Source of the DNA: an uncultured Sulfolobales archaeon
GTDB taxonomy: Archaea; Thermoproteota; Thermoprotei_A; Sulfolobales; NBVN01
NCBI GenBank assembly: GCA_937949785.1
Contig: CALEDH010000013.1
Coordinates: 7,519-71,518, forward strand
Reading direction: 5' to 3'
Length of the DNA: 64,000 bases
The notes under the pieces were generated by a model that saw only the letters and a program-made list of their open reading frames with translations, had not been told where the DNA came from and made no database searches. Each line of letters starts with the position of its first letter. The stretch's first letter is position 1. Made by a program: the position numbers and the translations under genes. Below are positions 1-8,693 of this stretch, in pieces.

Positions 1-932
1 CTACTGTAGAATTCTATTAGGGTAGGCCCGTATGATGATGTTAACATCATCTGCCCTGACAACACACCTACGTACCTCTCCTTAGTGACTTCCTGAAGCG
101 CTCTAAGCGATGCCTCAACTATCTCAACGCTCCTAACGAACTCATCGTCATTTATGAATGGTAGTAACTTTCCAGGACCTTGAATGCTTCCCATACCACC
201 TGTTTCAGGACCTATATCTAATTCGAAAGCATGGGGGTGGTCCTGAACTAGTGGAAGAGGTAGAACGCTATACCCATCAGTGATGGTCATAAGCGTGTAC
301 TCAACGCCCTCAACCCTCTCCTCAACCAACACCTTATAATCAATATCGCTGTAATGTGATGTTATGTCATCGGTTAGCTTCCTTACATATCCCATACGAA
401 CCTCAGACTTAACATCTCTTAAATATGCCTGCATATCCGCCACCACCTTAACTCCCTTACCGCCTACCTGCCTAGCCGGCTTTATCACAACATCACCTGC
501 ATTACCTACGTACTCAACCGCTTCCTCAACACTTTTAAATGCTTGATATGTAAGCCTCCCTGGAATTCTATACTTCCACATTAACTCTCTCATAAATACC
601 TTACTCTTCTCGATCTGCGATAACCTACTCGTAGCACCGAATACCGCATAACCTAAATCGATTAAAACATCTGCGACGCCGTGGAATTGCGGTTCTTCAG
701 GACCGATAACGATTACATCAGGTGATATCTCTTCAACTGCCTCAGCAACCTTCATAGGATCTAAGGTATTACATCGTACTAACTTACCACCGCTTCCCTC
801 TGAGACCCTTTTAAGCCCTGGGTTTACATACGAAGCTACTGTGAATATCTTAGGACTAGTTGAACTCCTACTAATCATTAAAGCTATGGCGTGTTCTCTA
901 GCTCCTTCACCAACTATAACTACTTTCAACAT
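1..932 (-). CDS. purD: Phosphoribosylamine-glycine ligase (GAR synthetase); first ~310 codons, C-terminus runs off the window edge
   Basis: Hand translation of minus strand from ATG at 932..930: MLKVVIVGEGAREHAIALMISRS...VIKPARQVGGKGVKVV...GPETGGMGS, an ATP-grasp PurD pattern. Absent from the ORF track because there is no stop inside the window. Last gene of the pur operon. Confidence 0.85.
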   Translation of the reverse strand, partial: MLKVVIVGEGAREHAIALMISRSSTSPKIFTVASYVNPGLKRVSEGSGGKLVRCNTLDPMKVAEAVEEISPDVIVIGPEEPQFHGVADVLIDLGYAVFGATSRLSQIEKSKVFMRELMWKYRIPGRLTYQAFKSVEEAVEYVGNAGDVVIKPARQVGGKGVKVVADMQAYLRDVKSEVRMGYVRKLTDDITSHYSDIDYKVLVEERVEGVEYTLMTITDGYSVLPLPLVQDHPHAFELDIGPETGGMGSIQGPGKLLPFINDDEFVRSVEIVEASLRALQEVTKERYVGVLSGQMMLTSSYGPTLIEFYS

Positions 933-933
933 C

Positions 934-2232
934 TCACCACCTAACCAAACAACCCTGCAAGAAACAGCCAGAACATAGACCAACGTTAAATCCTTTAAAC
1001 ACTTCGATGACCTCATCTACTGACAGCCAAGTCAAGGAGTCAGCCTCAATGTATCTTACAGCATCTTCATCACTTAAGTTGGCAGCTAGTAACTCATCCT
1101 TAGGTGCTAAAACCTTACCGTAAGGGCAATTAGTTACTAGTTTAGGACTCCCAATAACTACATGAACTTCCTTAACACCTAACTTATTCCTAAGGACTTG
1201 AGTAATGTTTTTAATAGTAAGCCCTCTAACTAAGCTATCATCAACTAAAGCCACCCTCATACCGCTGAAAACAGACTTAATTGGGTTTAACTTTAACTGA
1301 ATGCCTATCATCCTCTCTAACGGATCTTCCCTAATAGCAGTTCGAACCTTAACTCCAGTGGATATAAATCCTAAATCAATGTTTTTACTGAGGTGGTTAG
1401 CAAATCCTATAGCGTACGGTATTGACGTATCTGGAATTCCTACGATGACATCTACCTCCCCCTTAAATTTCCTACCTAGGACGTTACCAAGGGACTTCCT
1501 AACAACATATACGTCGATGTTATCAAGCGTTGAGTCATGCCTAGCCATATATACGTATTCAAACATGCATGAGTACCGTTCAACACTCTCGAATATCCTC
1601 ACCCTTCTAACGATGTCAGGAGATACGTAGATAAGCTCCCCCGGGTTAAGCGGTTCCTTCGGATCGCCACCTAATATCGTTATAGGGGCTGTCTCCGATG
1701 ACGTCATCACTAGGTCGAAGCCGTAACCACCTACGTGTAGCGGACTTATACCAGGCCTTGACCTATACGCTATCAGCTCAGACTTATTGGTGAGTAAAAA
1801 TAATGAGTAAAAGCCGTGTACGTTATTAATAGACTCGGTAAAAGCCTCTAATAAATTATATCCTGACTTAACCAATCTCATTAGACTCCTCCCAACCTCG
1901 TTTAATGACCTATCCATAAAGCCGTCAACCAGTAGAGATATTTCATAACCGTCATCAGCTAAGTTTAAGCACTTCATACTGCGGACCTCGCTCTCATTGT
2001 ATACCCCTCCAATACCCATATACCCTCTCAACATGTTTAAGGACTCCTTATCAAACATTAAGGATGTTACGTCACCGCTAACACCTTTTAAAGTTCTCCC
2101 ATCACTTACCACTGCATAGTAGGTATGCTGCCCTCTATTCAACAACGTCAGTAATCCGTAATACACGTACTTACTGACGTCCCATAAGTCATCAAAAGCT
2201 GAAATACTGATCAAACCACCCATAAACATCAC
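934..2232 (-). CDS. PurF-like amidophosphoribosyltransferase paralog with degenerate Ntn-glutaminase domain (Cys1 replaced by Gly)
   Basis: 432 aa. N-terminus MMFMGGLISI instead of MCGI. PRPP loop VALVDDSLVRGLT is retained, as are Fe-S-type Cys (RYSCMFEYVY, TNCPYG, CSGC). 4-nt overlap with the upstream purF. Confidence 0.75.
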   Translation of the reverse strand: MMFMGGLISISAFDDLWDVSKYVYYGLLTLLNRGQHTYYAVVSDGRTLKGVSGDVTSLMFDKESLNMLRGYMGIGGVYNESEVRSMKCLNLADDGYEISLLVDGFMDRSLNEVGRSLMRLVKSGYNLLEAFTESINNVHGFYSLFLLTNKSELIAYRSRPGISPLHVGGYGFDLVMTSSETAPITILGGDPKEPLNPGELIYVSPDIVRRVRIFESVERYSCMFEYVYMARHDSTLDNIDVYVVRKSLGNVLGRKFKGEVDVIVGIPDTSIPYAIGFANHLSKNIDLGFISTGVKVRTAIREDPLERMIGIQLKLNPIKSVFSGMRVALVDDSLVRGLTIKNITQVLRNKLGVKEVHVVIGSPKLVTNCPYGKVLAPKDELLAANLSDEDAVRYIEADSLTWLSVDEVIEVFKGFNVGLCSGCFLQGCLVRW

Positions 2233-3596
2233 AACCTAGAAAAGGTCTTTTCAAGGCAGTCAACGTTAACGTCTGCGAATGGGTATACCCCGGTGTAGCA
2301 TGCGAGGCATAGTGATGGTAAGCCGACCGATTGCTTAAGTCCCTCTACGGTATTGTAGAGTAAGCTATCAGCCTCAATAGCTTTCGTTATTAATGAGATA
2401 TCATAAGTTTTAGAGGCTATCAGCTCCCTCCTAGATGGGAAGTCAATACCCATAAAGCATGGGTAACGTACTGGAGGACTGGCTATTCGAACATAGACCT
2501 TACCGACACCGCCGTCTCTGAGGAGTCTGACAATCTTTCTCATAGTAGTACCCCTGATTAACGAGTCATCAACAACAGCAACCTTCTTACCGCATATCAC
2601 TGATTTAACCACGCCGTACTTAGTATCTGCGAAGAAGTCCCGCATGGTTGGAGGCATGATGAAACTCCTACCGACATATCTATTCCTCATTAACCCCTCA
2701 TTAATTGCTACCTTACGTGACATACTGTAACCTAAAGCAGCGCTCCTACCGCTATCAGGAACAGGGATCACCACATCAACAACTTCGTTATCTAGGTTTC
2801 CGAGGTAAATACCCATCCTCACCCTTGCTTCATGGACTTGAACACCGTTGAAGATGGAGTCAGGCCGTGAGAAGTAGACGTATTCAAACACACACGGTGT
2901 GAACGTATTAGATACGGTGCTACGCACCTCCTCTAAAGATTTACCATCATATGAAATAATGGTGCCAGGCATTACCTCCTTCCACTCACCAAGTTTTAAC
3001 GACTCAATAGACGCTGTCTCAGAGGCCGCTGCTACGAACCCATCACCAGCTGCATAGGCTAGAGGTTTAAATCCGTAAGGGTCTCTAGCTATAATTAATC
3101 TTGGTTCGGAAGTCATTACTGCGAGGCTATAACTACCTTTAACTAAGACTCCTACTTTCCTAACAGCCTCAACAGCGTCCCCTAAGTCTTCAGTAAACTT
3201 AAATATGAGCTTAGCTAAGACCTCTGAATCGCTTGACGGCTTAACACCTAAGAACTCCTTAGATAGTTCAAGGTAGTTCATTATGTTACCATTAAAAGCT
3301 AGTGAGATCTGCTTCCCCCCATCACCTATAAGTACGGGCTGCGCACCTAATCGACCCATATACTCTCCAGTTGTTGAATACCTTACATGTCCTATTGCTA
3401 AGTTAGAAGTTAAACTACATACCTCACCAGGACTTATCGCTGAGACCACATATCCGGGCCTAACCACATTTCTTATCCCGTCAGGACGTATTATTGAGAT
3501 TCCTACAGATTCCTGACCTCTATGCTGTAGCTCTATTAATAACTTGTAAGTAGTTAATGATGCGTTAGACCCGTAGAAAGCTGCAATACCGCACAC
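2229..3596 (-). CDS. purF: Amidophosphoribosyltransferase (glutamine PRPP amidotransferase), [4Fe-4S] type
   Basis: MCGIAAFYG N-terminal nucleophile, LQHRGQES, GHVRYSTTG, FNGNI, VVDDSLIRGTT, Cys ligands TPCVFEYVYF / YPCFMGID / CLAC. Confidence 0.9.
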   Translation of the reverse strand: MCGIAAFYGSNASLTTYKLLIELQHRGQESVGISIIRPDGIRNVVRPGYVVSAISPGEVCSLTSNLAIGHVRYSTTGEYMGRLGAQPVLIGDGGKQISLAFNGNIMNYLELSKEFLGVKPSSDSEVLAKLIFKFTEDLGDAVEAVRKVGVLVKGSYSLAVMTSEPRLIIARDPYGFKPLAYAAGDGFVAAASETASIESLKLGEWKEVMPGTIISYDGKSLEEVRSTVSNTFTPCVFEYVYFSRPDSIFNGVQVHEARVRMGIYLGNLDNEVVDVVIPVPDSGRSAALGYSMSRKVAINEGLMRNRYVGRSFIMPPTMRDFFADTKYGVVKSVICGKKVAVVDDSLIRGTTMRKIVRLLRDGGVGKVYVRIASPPVRYPCFMGIDFPSRRELIASKTYDISLITKAIEADSLLYNTVEGLKQSVGLPSLCLACYTGVYPFADVNVDCLEKTFSRL

Positions 3597-3602
3597 CTTA
3601 AA

Positions 3603-5810
3603 TCACCGACCTAGCAGTAGTTCTAAGGAATTCGTGTAAGTCCTCCTTAACTCGTTCACACTGACGTTGACAGCCTCAAACTCCCCCCAAGTAAATATTA
3701 AGTCACTGCCCCCCACCTCACCGATGACCCCTACATCGGCCCTATAAAGCGATGCTAATTCCAACACATCGTCTATCCTATCCCTCCCAACCTCAATTAA
3801 GTATCTGGCCTGAGTCTCTGAGAAGAGTAATTCCTCAACTCGACTACAACCCCTAGACGGAACTCTCTTTAAATCTATCCGCACACCCTTCATACCGTTA
3901 ATACACATCTCAGCCACAGCTACAGCTAACCCGCCAATATCTATATCGTGGACGGCTTTAGCATATCCTAACCCTACTAACTTACTAACATACCCCCCAT
4001 TAGATACTTCGGTTGAAGGTCTGGGAAGCGGTACCTCACCAAGCTCTAAGCCTAAGCATGTGTGTAGGAACTCACTACCGCCTAACTCAGGGTAAGTAGT
4101 ACCTACGACTAATAGGTAATTCCCATAATCCTTTAAATCAAAGGTCATCGACTTCTTAATATCATCAATCACTCCAACACCTACGATAGTTGCTACAGGC
4201 TTCACCATAATATCCGAACTTAGGTCTTCGTTGTAGAAGCTGACCTTACCACCTACAACAGGTAGTTTAAGTTCCTGAGCACACCATGAAATACCTTTAA
4301 CCATTTCAGTGAAGTACCAGTAATGAGTTGGTTTCTCAGGATTACCTGCGTTTAACTCATCAACTATGGCAATAGGCTTAGAACCAACACTGATTAGATT
4401 CCTATAACACTCAGCAACCGAGTTAGCAGCCCCTCTAAACGGATTTAAAAACACGTACCTCGGATTACCATCACCCTTAACAGCTATACCTAACCCATCA
4501 TCAACATCTATAAGTCTTAAGACTGCTGCATCACCTAACCCAGGCTTAACTACCGTCCTAATACCGACCTCATAGTCATACTGACTGTAGATCCACTCCT
4601 TAGAAGCAATATTAGGTGAGCTCAGTAATTTCAGTAAGGCATCGCCTAACCCTACTTCAGGAAGTCTAATGCTATCGTCATTATGCAGCCTAATATGGTG
4701 TGCCGGAACTTCAACTTCCCTAAACTTAATACGTGGCTTTGCCAGCGTATCAGCTGGGAGAGAAGCTATTAAATCATCTCTATAGTAAATCTTAATAATA
4801 CCGCTCCCATCTAAATGACCTATCACACTATACTGAAGTCCGTACTTATCCAGTAATACCTTAAGTTTCTGGAAGTTATCACTACTAACTACTAATAACA
4901 TTCTCTCCTGACTCTCCGACACCAGTATTTCCTCAGGCCTGAGGTCCGGTTCTCTAACATGTAATTGCTCCAACTTTATGTAAGCACCTAAGCCGTAGTT
5001 TGATGTGAGTTCTGCTAGTGCTGTTGCTAAACCACCGCCGCCTAAGTCCTTAACATGTTTAACTATCCCTAAATCAGCTGCCTCAACTAGGAAGTCGATA
5101 ATTAACTTCTCCACTAAGGGGTTTCCAACCTGAATGGCTGGGAGGTAATCAACATCTCCTTGAAGGTCTAAAGATTTAGAGGCAAAGCTGCTGCCCAGCA
5201 AACCATCCCTCCCAGTCGTATTACCAACGATGACTACGTAGTCGTTCTCCTTAGGTTTATCGTTAACGATCTTACTAGCTGCTATGACACCGATACATGC
5301 AACGTTTACTAAGGGGTACTTACCGTAGGACCTGTCAAACCACGTCATCCCAGCTACTACTGGGACCCCTATCCTATTGCCGTAATCGCTAATACCCCTA
5401 ACAACACCTCCAATTAACCAACGTGCATGTCCGTCTTCAGGACTGCCGAAGAACAGTAGGTCTAGAAGCGCTATAGGCCTAGCACCTAATGTTAACACAT
5501 CCCTTACAACACCTCCAACACCAGTAGACGCTCCATTGTAGGGATCTACAGCTGATGGATGATTATGACTTTCAATCTTAAGTATGACAGCGTAGTCTCT
5601 AAACACCTTAACTGCAGCTGCATCCCTACCAGGCCCTATCAACACTCCCTCACCACTGCTGGGAAGTAGTCTTAGGTAGTGCTTACTACTCTTATATGAG
5701 CAATGCTCACTCCACTGAGCTTCAAACATAAATAACTCAGCATTTGTTGGCTCCCTACCTAACGCAGTCCGGATCTCATCCAACTCCTCACTACTTAAAG
5801 CCATTACCAA
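3603..5810 (-). CDS. purL: Phosphoribosylformylglycinamidine synthase II (FGAM synthase large subunit)
   Basis: 735 aa; FEAQWSEHCSYKSSK, ESHNHPSAVDPY, duplicated AIR-synthase-like halves; overlaps purQ. Confidence 0.9.
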   Translation of the reverse strand: MVMALSSEELDEIRTALGREPTNAELFMFEAQWSEHCSYKSSKHYLRLLPSSGEGVLIGPGRDAAAVKVFRDYAVILKIESHNHPSAVDPYNGASTGVGGVVRDVLTLGARPIALLDLLFFGSPEDGHARWLIGGVVRGISDYGNRIGVPVVAGMTWFDRSYGKYPLVNVACIGVIAASKIVNDKPKENDYVVIVGNTTGRDGLLGSSFASKSLDLQGDVDYLPAIQVGNPLVEKLIIDFLVEAADLGIVKHVKDLGGGGLATALAELTSNYGLGAYIKLEQLHVREPDLRPEEILVSESQERMLLVVSSDNFQKLKVLLDKYGLQYSVIGHLDGSGIIKIYYRDDLIASLPADTLAKPRIKFREVEVPAHHIRLHNDDSIRLPEVGLGDALLKLLSSPNIASKEWIYSQYDYEVGIRTVVKPGLGDAAVLRLIDVDDGLGIAVKGDGNPRYVFLNPFRGAANSVAECYRNLISVGSKPIAIVDELNAGNPEKPTHYWYFTEMVKGISWCAQELKLPVVGGKVSFYNEDLSSDIMVKPVATIVGVGVIDDIKKSMTFDLKDYGNYLLVVGTTYPELGGSEFLHTCLGLELGEVPLPRPSTEVSNGGYVSKLVGLGYAKAVHDIDIGGLAVAVAEMCINGMKGVRIDLKRVPSRGCSRVEELLFSETQARYLIEVGRDRIDDVLELASLYRADVGVIGEVGGSDLIFTWGEFEAVNVSVNELRRTYTNSLELLLGR

Positions 5811-6481
5811 CCCTCCCTCAACGCATTAGATATGCTTAACCAGACCACCCTACCCCCCTGAGATAATGTCCTAGGGGTTAACTCAGGTTCTGACGCCCTT
5901 TCCGGGTGGGGCATTAAGCCTAGAACTAAACCATCGCTAGTACCTACACCAGCTATATCGTATGAACTCCCATTAGGGTTATACCCATAATACGTTATTA
6001 AGGGTAGCTTACTAACCTCTTCGTAAAAGCCCACGTAGTAACGTCCCTCACCATGAGCTATAGGCATATCGGCTACAAAGTCATTTGACACTAGTTTTAG
6101 CCAAGGCCCCCTCGGATTTACAAACCTAACCCTAACCCACCTACATATAAATCTACATGATTCGTTTGGAAGTAAAACGCCTGGTAAGACCTCAGCTTCA
6201 GTAAGTATTTGAAACCCGTTGCATATGCCGAGTAGGGGGATGCCATTATCTAATGCGTTGACTAATTCCTTAACAACTTCACTCTTAGCTGCAATAGCTC
6301 CGGCCCGAAGCCAGTCCCCATAACTAAACCCGCCTGGAATTACGACTGCGTCCCAACCATCAGCCCTGAACTCTGAGTGCCATATAGAATACGCTTCTAA
6401 CCTCGATACCTTACGTAGGACCCAAACCACATCTAAATCAGCATTAGTTCCAGGGAACTTAATTACCGCTACTTTAGGCAT
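5804..6481 (-). CDS. purQ: FGAM synthase I, glutaminase subunit
   Basis: FPGTN, GGFSYGD, GICNGFQIL (Cys nucleophile), MPHPERA; class-I amidotransferase in pur operon. Confidence 0.9.
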   Translation of the reverse strand: MPKVAVIKFPGTNADLDVVWVLRKVSRLEAYSIWHSEFRADGWDAVVIPGGFSYGDWLRAGAIAAKSEVVKELVNALDNGIPLLGICNGFQILTEAEVLPGVLLPNESCRFICRWVRVRFVNPRGPWLKLVSNDFVADMPIAHGEGRYYVGFYEEVSKLPLITYYGYNPNGSSYDIAGVGTSDGLVLGLMPHPERASEPELTPRTLSQGGRVVWLSISNALREGW

Positions 6482-6726
6482 CTTAACTCTACCCTTACAT
6501 CATGTACTGAGGGGTTGTAGAGCCTTAGTTTACTGCATAAATCTTTAACGTAGTTCAAAGCCTCTTCATGTGATTTAGACTCAACTAAGATTTCTAAGTA
6601 CTTGCCAGACCTAACTCCTCTCACCTTGTCGAAGCCGTATCTACTGATTAAGTCCTTATATATCGTCTCACCTTCAGGGTCTCTAGCAACTCTCTTATTG
6701 GTTATCACTACCTCAACTACATACAT
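6469..6726 (-). CDS. purS: FGAM synthase PurS subunit
   Basis: 85 aa, size and position between purC and purQ; RDPEGETI motif typical of PurS. Confidence 0.8.
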   Translation of the reverse strand: MYVVEVVITNKRVARDPEGETIYKDLISRYGFDKVRGVRSGKYLEILVESKSHEEALNYVKDLCSKLRLYNPSVHDVRVELRCLK

Positions 6727-7495
6727 TTAAATCCCTCAACGTTAATCCCAACCTACATGCTAGTGATGAATAAGCTGAAATGAGTGCTTCAACACTCCCA
6801 CCCCTCCTAAACACCTCCTTATCTAGGTGGTTTCCACCCTCGTCGACAACCCTAATACTATCACCGCTAATCTCATCAGCTAATATCAACGCCTCACCGT
6901 CTAACTCCCTACCAAACTCTACTTTGAAGTCAATTAACTTCAACCCACGACTACTTAACTCCTCAAGTAAGATATCATTAACTTTAAGGCTAATACTCCT
7001 CAACTCATCTACCTCCTTCTCACTAACTAATCCTAGGTTAACGATGTCTTCAGGAAGTATTAATGGGTCGTGAAGCTTATCATCCTTATAATGGAACTCA
7101 ACTATAGGTCTGTTAAGCTTCTCAAACTCCTTAAATAGAGGCAGTCTCTTAATTAAACTCCCATAAGCGTAATTCCGAACTATTACCTCTACAGGGATAA
7201 TCCTAAGCCTCCTAACTATGTGGATGTTCCCACCATCATAACTTATAAAATGGGTTTTAACACCCTTAGACTCTAGAAGTTTAAAGAGATGGGCGCTTAC
7301 CGCAGCATTTAATACACCTTTCTTAGGTGCATGAAACTTCTTAACACCGTCTAAAGCAGTAACAACGTCTTTAAACTCCATTGCGAGGTTATCATCATTT
7401 ATTACATAAACACGTTTAGTTTTTCCTTCATACATTAACTCCCATCCCATCATATAACATTCCTTGATCTTCTTTATGTAATGGTTAATAAGCAT
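6713..7495 (-). CDS. purC: SAICAR synthase
   Basis: LMYEGKTKRVY, VIVRNYAYGS, ADEISGDS. The true start may be an internal Met (7453/7450/7435), because homologs normally begin just before YEGK. Confidence 0.85.
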   Translation of the reverse strand: MLINHYIKKIKECYMMGWELMYEGKTKRVYVINDDNLAMEFKDVVTALDGVKKFHAPKKGVLNAAVSAHLFKLLESKGVKTHFISYDGGNIHIVRRLRIIPVEVIVRNYAYGSLIKRLPLFKEFEKLNRPIVEFHYKDDKLHDPLILPEDIVNLGLVSEKEVDELRSISLKVNDILLEELSSRGLKLIDFKVEFGRELDGEALILADEISGDSIRVVDEGGNHLDKEVFRRGGSVEALISAYSSLACRLGLTLRDLNVCS

Positions 7496-7519
7496 AACTC
7501 TAAACGTTTCTACATCACT

Positions 7520-7542
7520 TTTTTACATAATTTATGTAAAAA
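7520..7542. promoter_or_regulatory. Perfect 11+1+11 bp palindrome TTTTTACATAA-T-TTATGTAAAAA in the divergent purC/purP promoter region; candidate operator and/or TATA element
   Basis: Read directly. Arms 7520-7530 and 7532-7542 are exact reverse complements. It lies 25-47 nt upstream of the longest purC start. Confidence 0.35.
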
Positions 7543-7627
7543 GAAAATACTTATACATCATTATGTTAAAAAGTTAATAAAGACTTAAAACCTCCCATAC
7601 GTTTAAATCCAAGGGATTTAAGTCGTA

Positions 7628-8692
7628 ATGAATGTCATACGACTTAAGGATGTTGACCTTAAATCTGATGATGTTAGTATCACTACTCTATGTAGTCATA
7701 CTGCATTACAAATATTCCATGGTGCTAAGTATGAGGGATTTAAAACTGTCGGGTTAGTTGAGTCTAGTAGGAAGTGGTTTTACGAATTATTTAGCAATTT
7801 AATTGATGAATTTATCGTAGTAGATAGCTGGTCGGAAATTTGTTCTTCGAGAGTTATTACTAGGTTAAGAGAGTTGAACTCTGTCTTAATCCCTCATGGT
7901 AGCTTAGTAGAGTATGTTGGGTTAGAGCAGGTTATGAACCTCCCCATACCTATATTCGGCCTACGTAGCTTACTAACTGTTGAATCTAACCAACACAGTA
8001 AGATGGAATTACTGTCCAGAGCGGGTATAGCGATTCCTAAGTCCTACAGATTTGACGACCCTATAGATACTACTGTAATTGTTAAGTTGTCAGGAGCTAA
8101 GGGTGGTAGGGGTTACTTCGTAGCTAGTGATAATGATGAGGTCGCAGTCAAAGTTAATAAGTTATTGGTGAGCGGTATTATAAAGGATGTAAGCGATGTT
8201 TTAATTCAGGAATACGTTATCGGTGTTCCAGCATACTTCCACTACTTTAACAGCATGGTCTTAAATAGGTTAGAGCTACTTGGTATTGATATACGTTATG
8301 AGTCTAACGTTGATGGACTACGTAGGCTGCCGAACTACGTATTAGGTAATATCACCCCTACGTTTAACATCATAGGTAATCTACCGTTGGTTATTAGGGA
8401 GAGCTTACTGCCAACGGTTATGAGGTACGGCATGAACTTCGTCGATGCTACACGTAAGTATCTGCCGCCAGGTATTGTAGGGCCTTTCTCCTTGGAGAGC
8501 ATAATTAAGGACGATGGTAGTATAGTTGTTTTCGAGTTCTCGGGGAGGATAGTAGCTGGTACAAACCTCTACACTCAGGGAAGTCCCTACTCATCATTCT
8601 ACTGGGACGAACCTATGAGTATGGGGAGGAGGATCGCTAGGGAGATTAAACTAGCGATTCAGGCAGGTAAGCTAAGCGAGGTCCTAACCTAA
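7628..8692 (+). CDS. purP: 5-formaminoimidazole-4-carboxamide ribonucleotide (FAICAR) synthetase, formate/ATP dependent, archaeal ATP-grasp
   Basis: 354 aa; LCSHTALQIFHGAKYEGFKTV and an ATP-grasp C-terminal half; divergent from the pur operon. Confidence 0.8.
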   Translation: MNVIRLKDVDLKSDDVSITTLCSHTALQIFHGAKYEGFKTVGLVESSRKWFYELFSNLIDEFIVVDSWSEICSSRVITRLRELNSVLIPHGSLVEYVGLEQVMNLPIPIFGLRSLLTVESNQHSKMELLSRAGIAIPKSYRFDDPIDTTVIVKLSGAKGGRGYFVASDNDEVAVKVNKLLVSGIIKDVSDVLIQEYVIGVPAYFHYFNSMVLNRLELLGIDIRYESNVDGLRRLPNYVLGNITPTFNIIGNLPLVIRESLLPTVMRYGMNFVDATRKYLPPGIVGPFSLESIIKDDGSIVVFEFSGRIVAGTNLYTQGSPYSSFYWDEPMSMGRRIAREIKLAIQAGKLSEVLT

Positions 8693-8693
8693 A

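Noticed and set aside
364-546. 60-aa plus-strand ORF; likewise 1301..1630, 3283..3516, 6780..7073, 9505..9738, 10304..10582, 13186..13374, 14418..14657, 22603..23090, 36381..37385, 53094..54026, 61540..61854, 62107..62406 and similar
   Set aside because: All are nested antisense within well-supported genes (purD, purF', purF, purC, FAD protein, purA, FDH, and others). They are short, compositionally biased and motif-free.
6713-7495. 20-aa N-terminal extension of purC (MLINHYIKKIKECYMMGWEL) as a novel domain
   Set aside because: More likely the start was over-called. Homologs begin near MYEGK, and internal Met codons at 7453, 7450 and 7435 are available.
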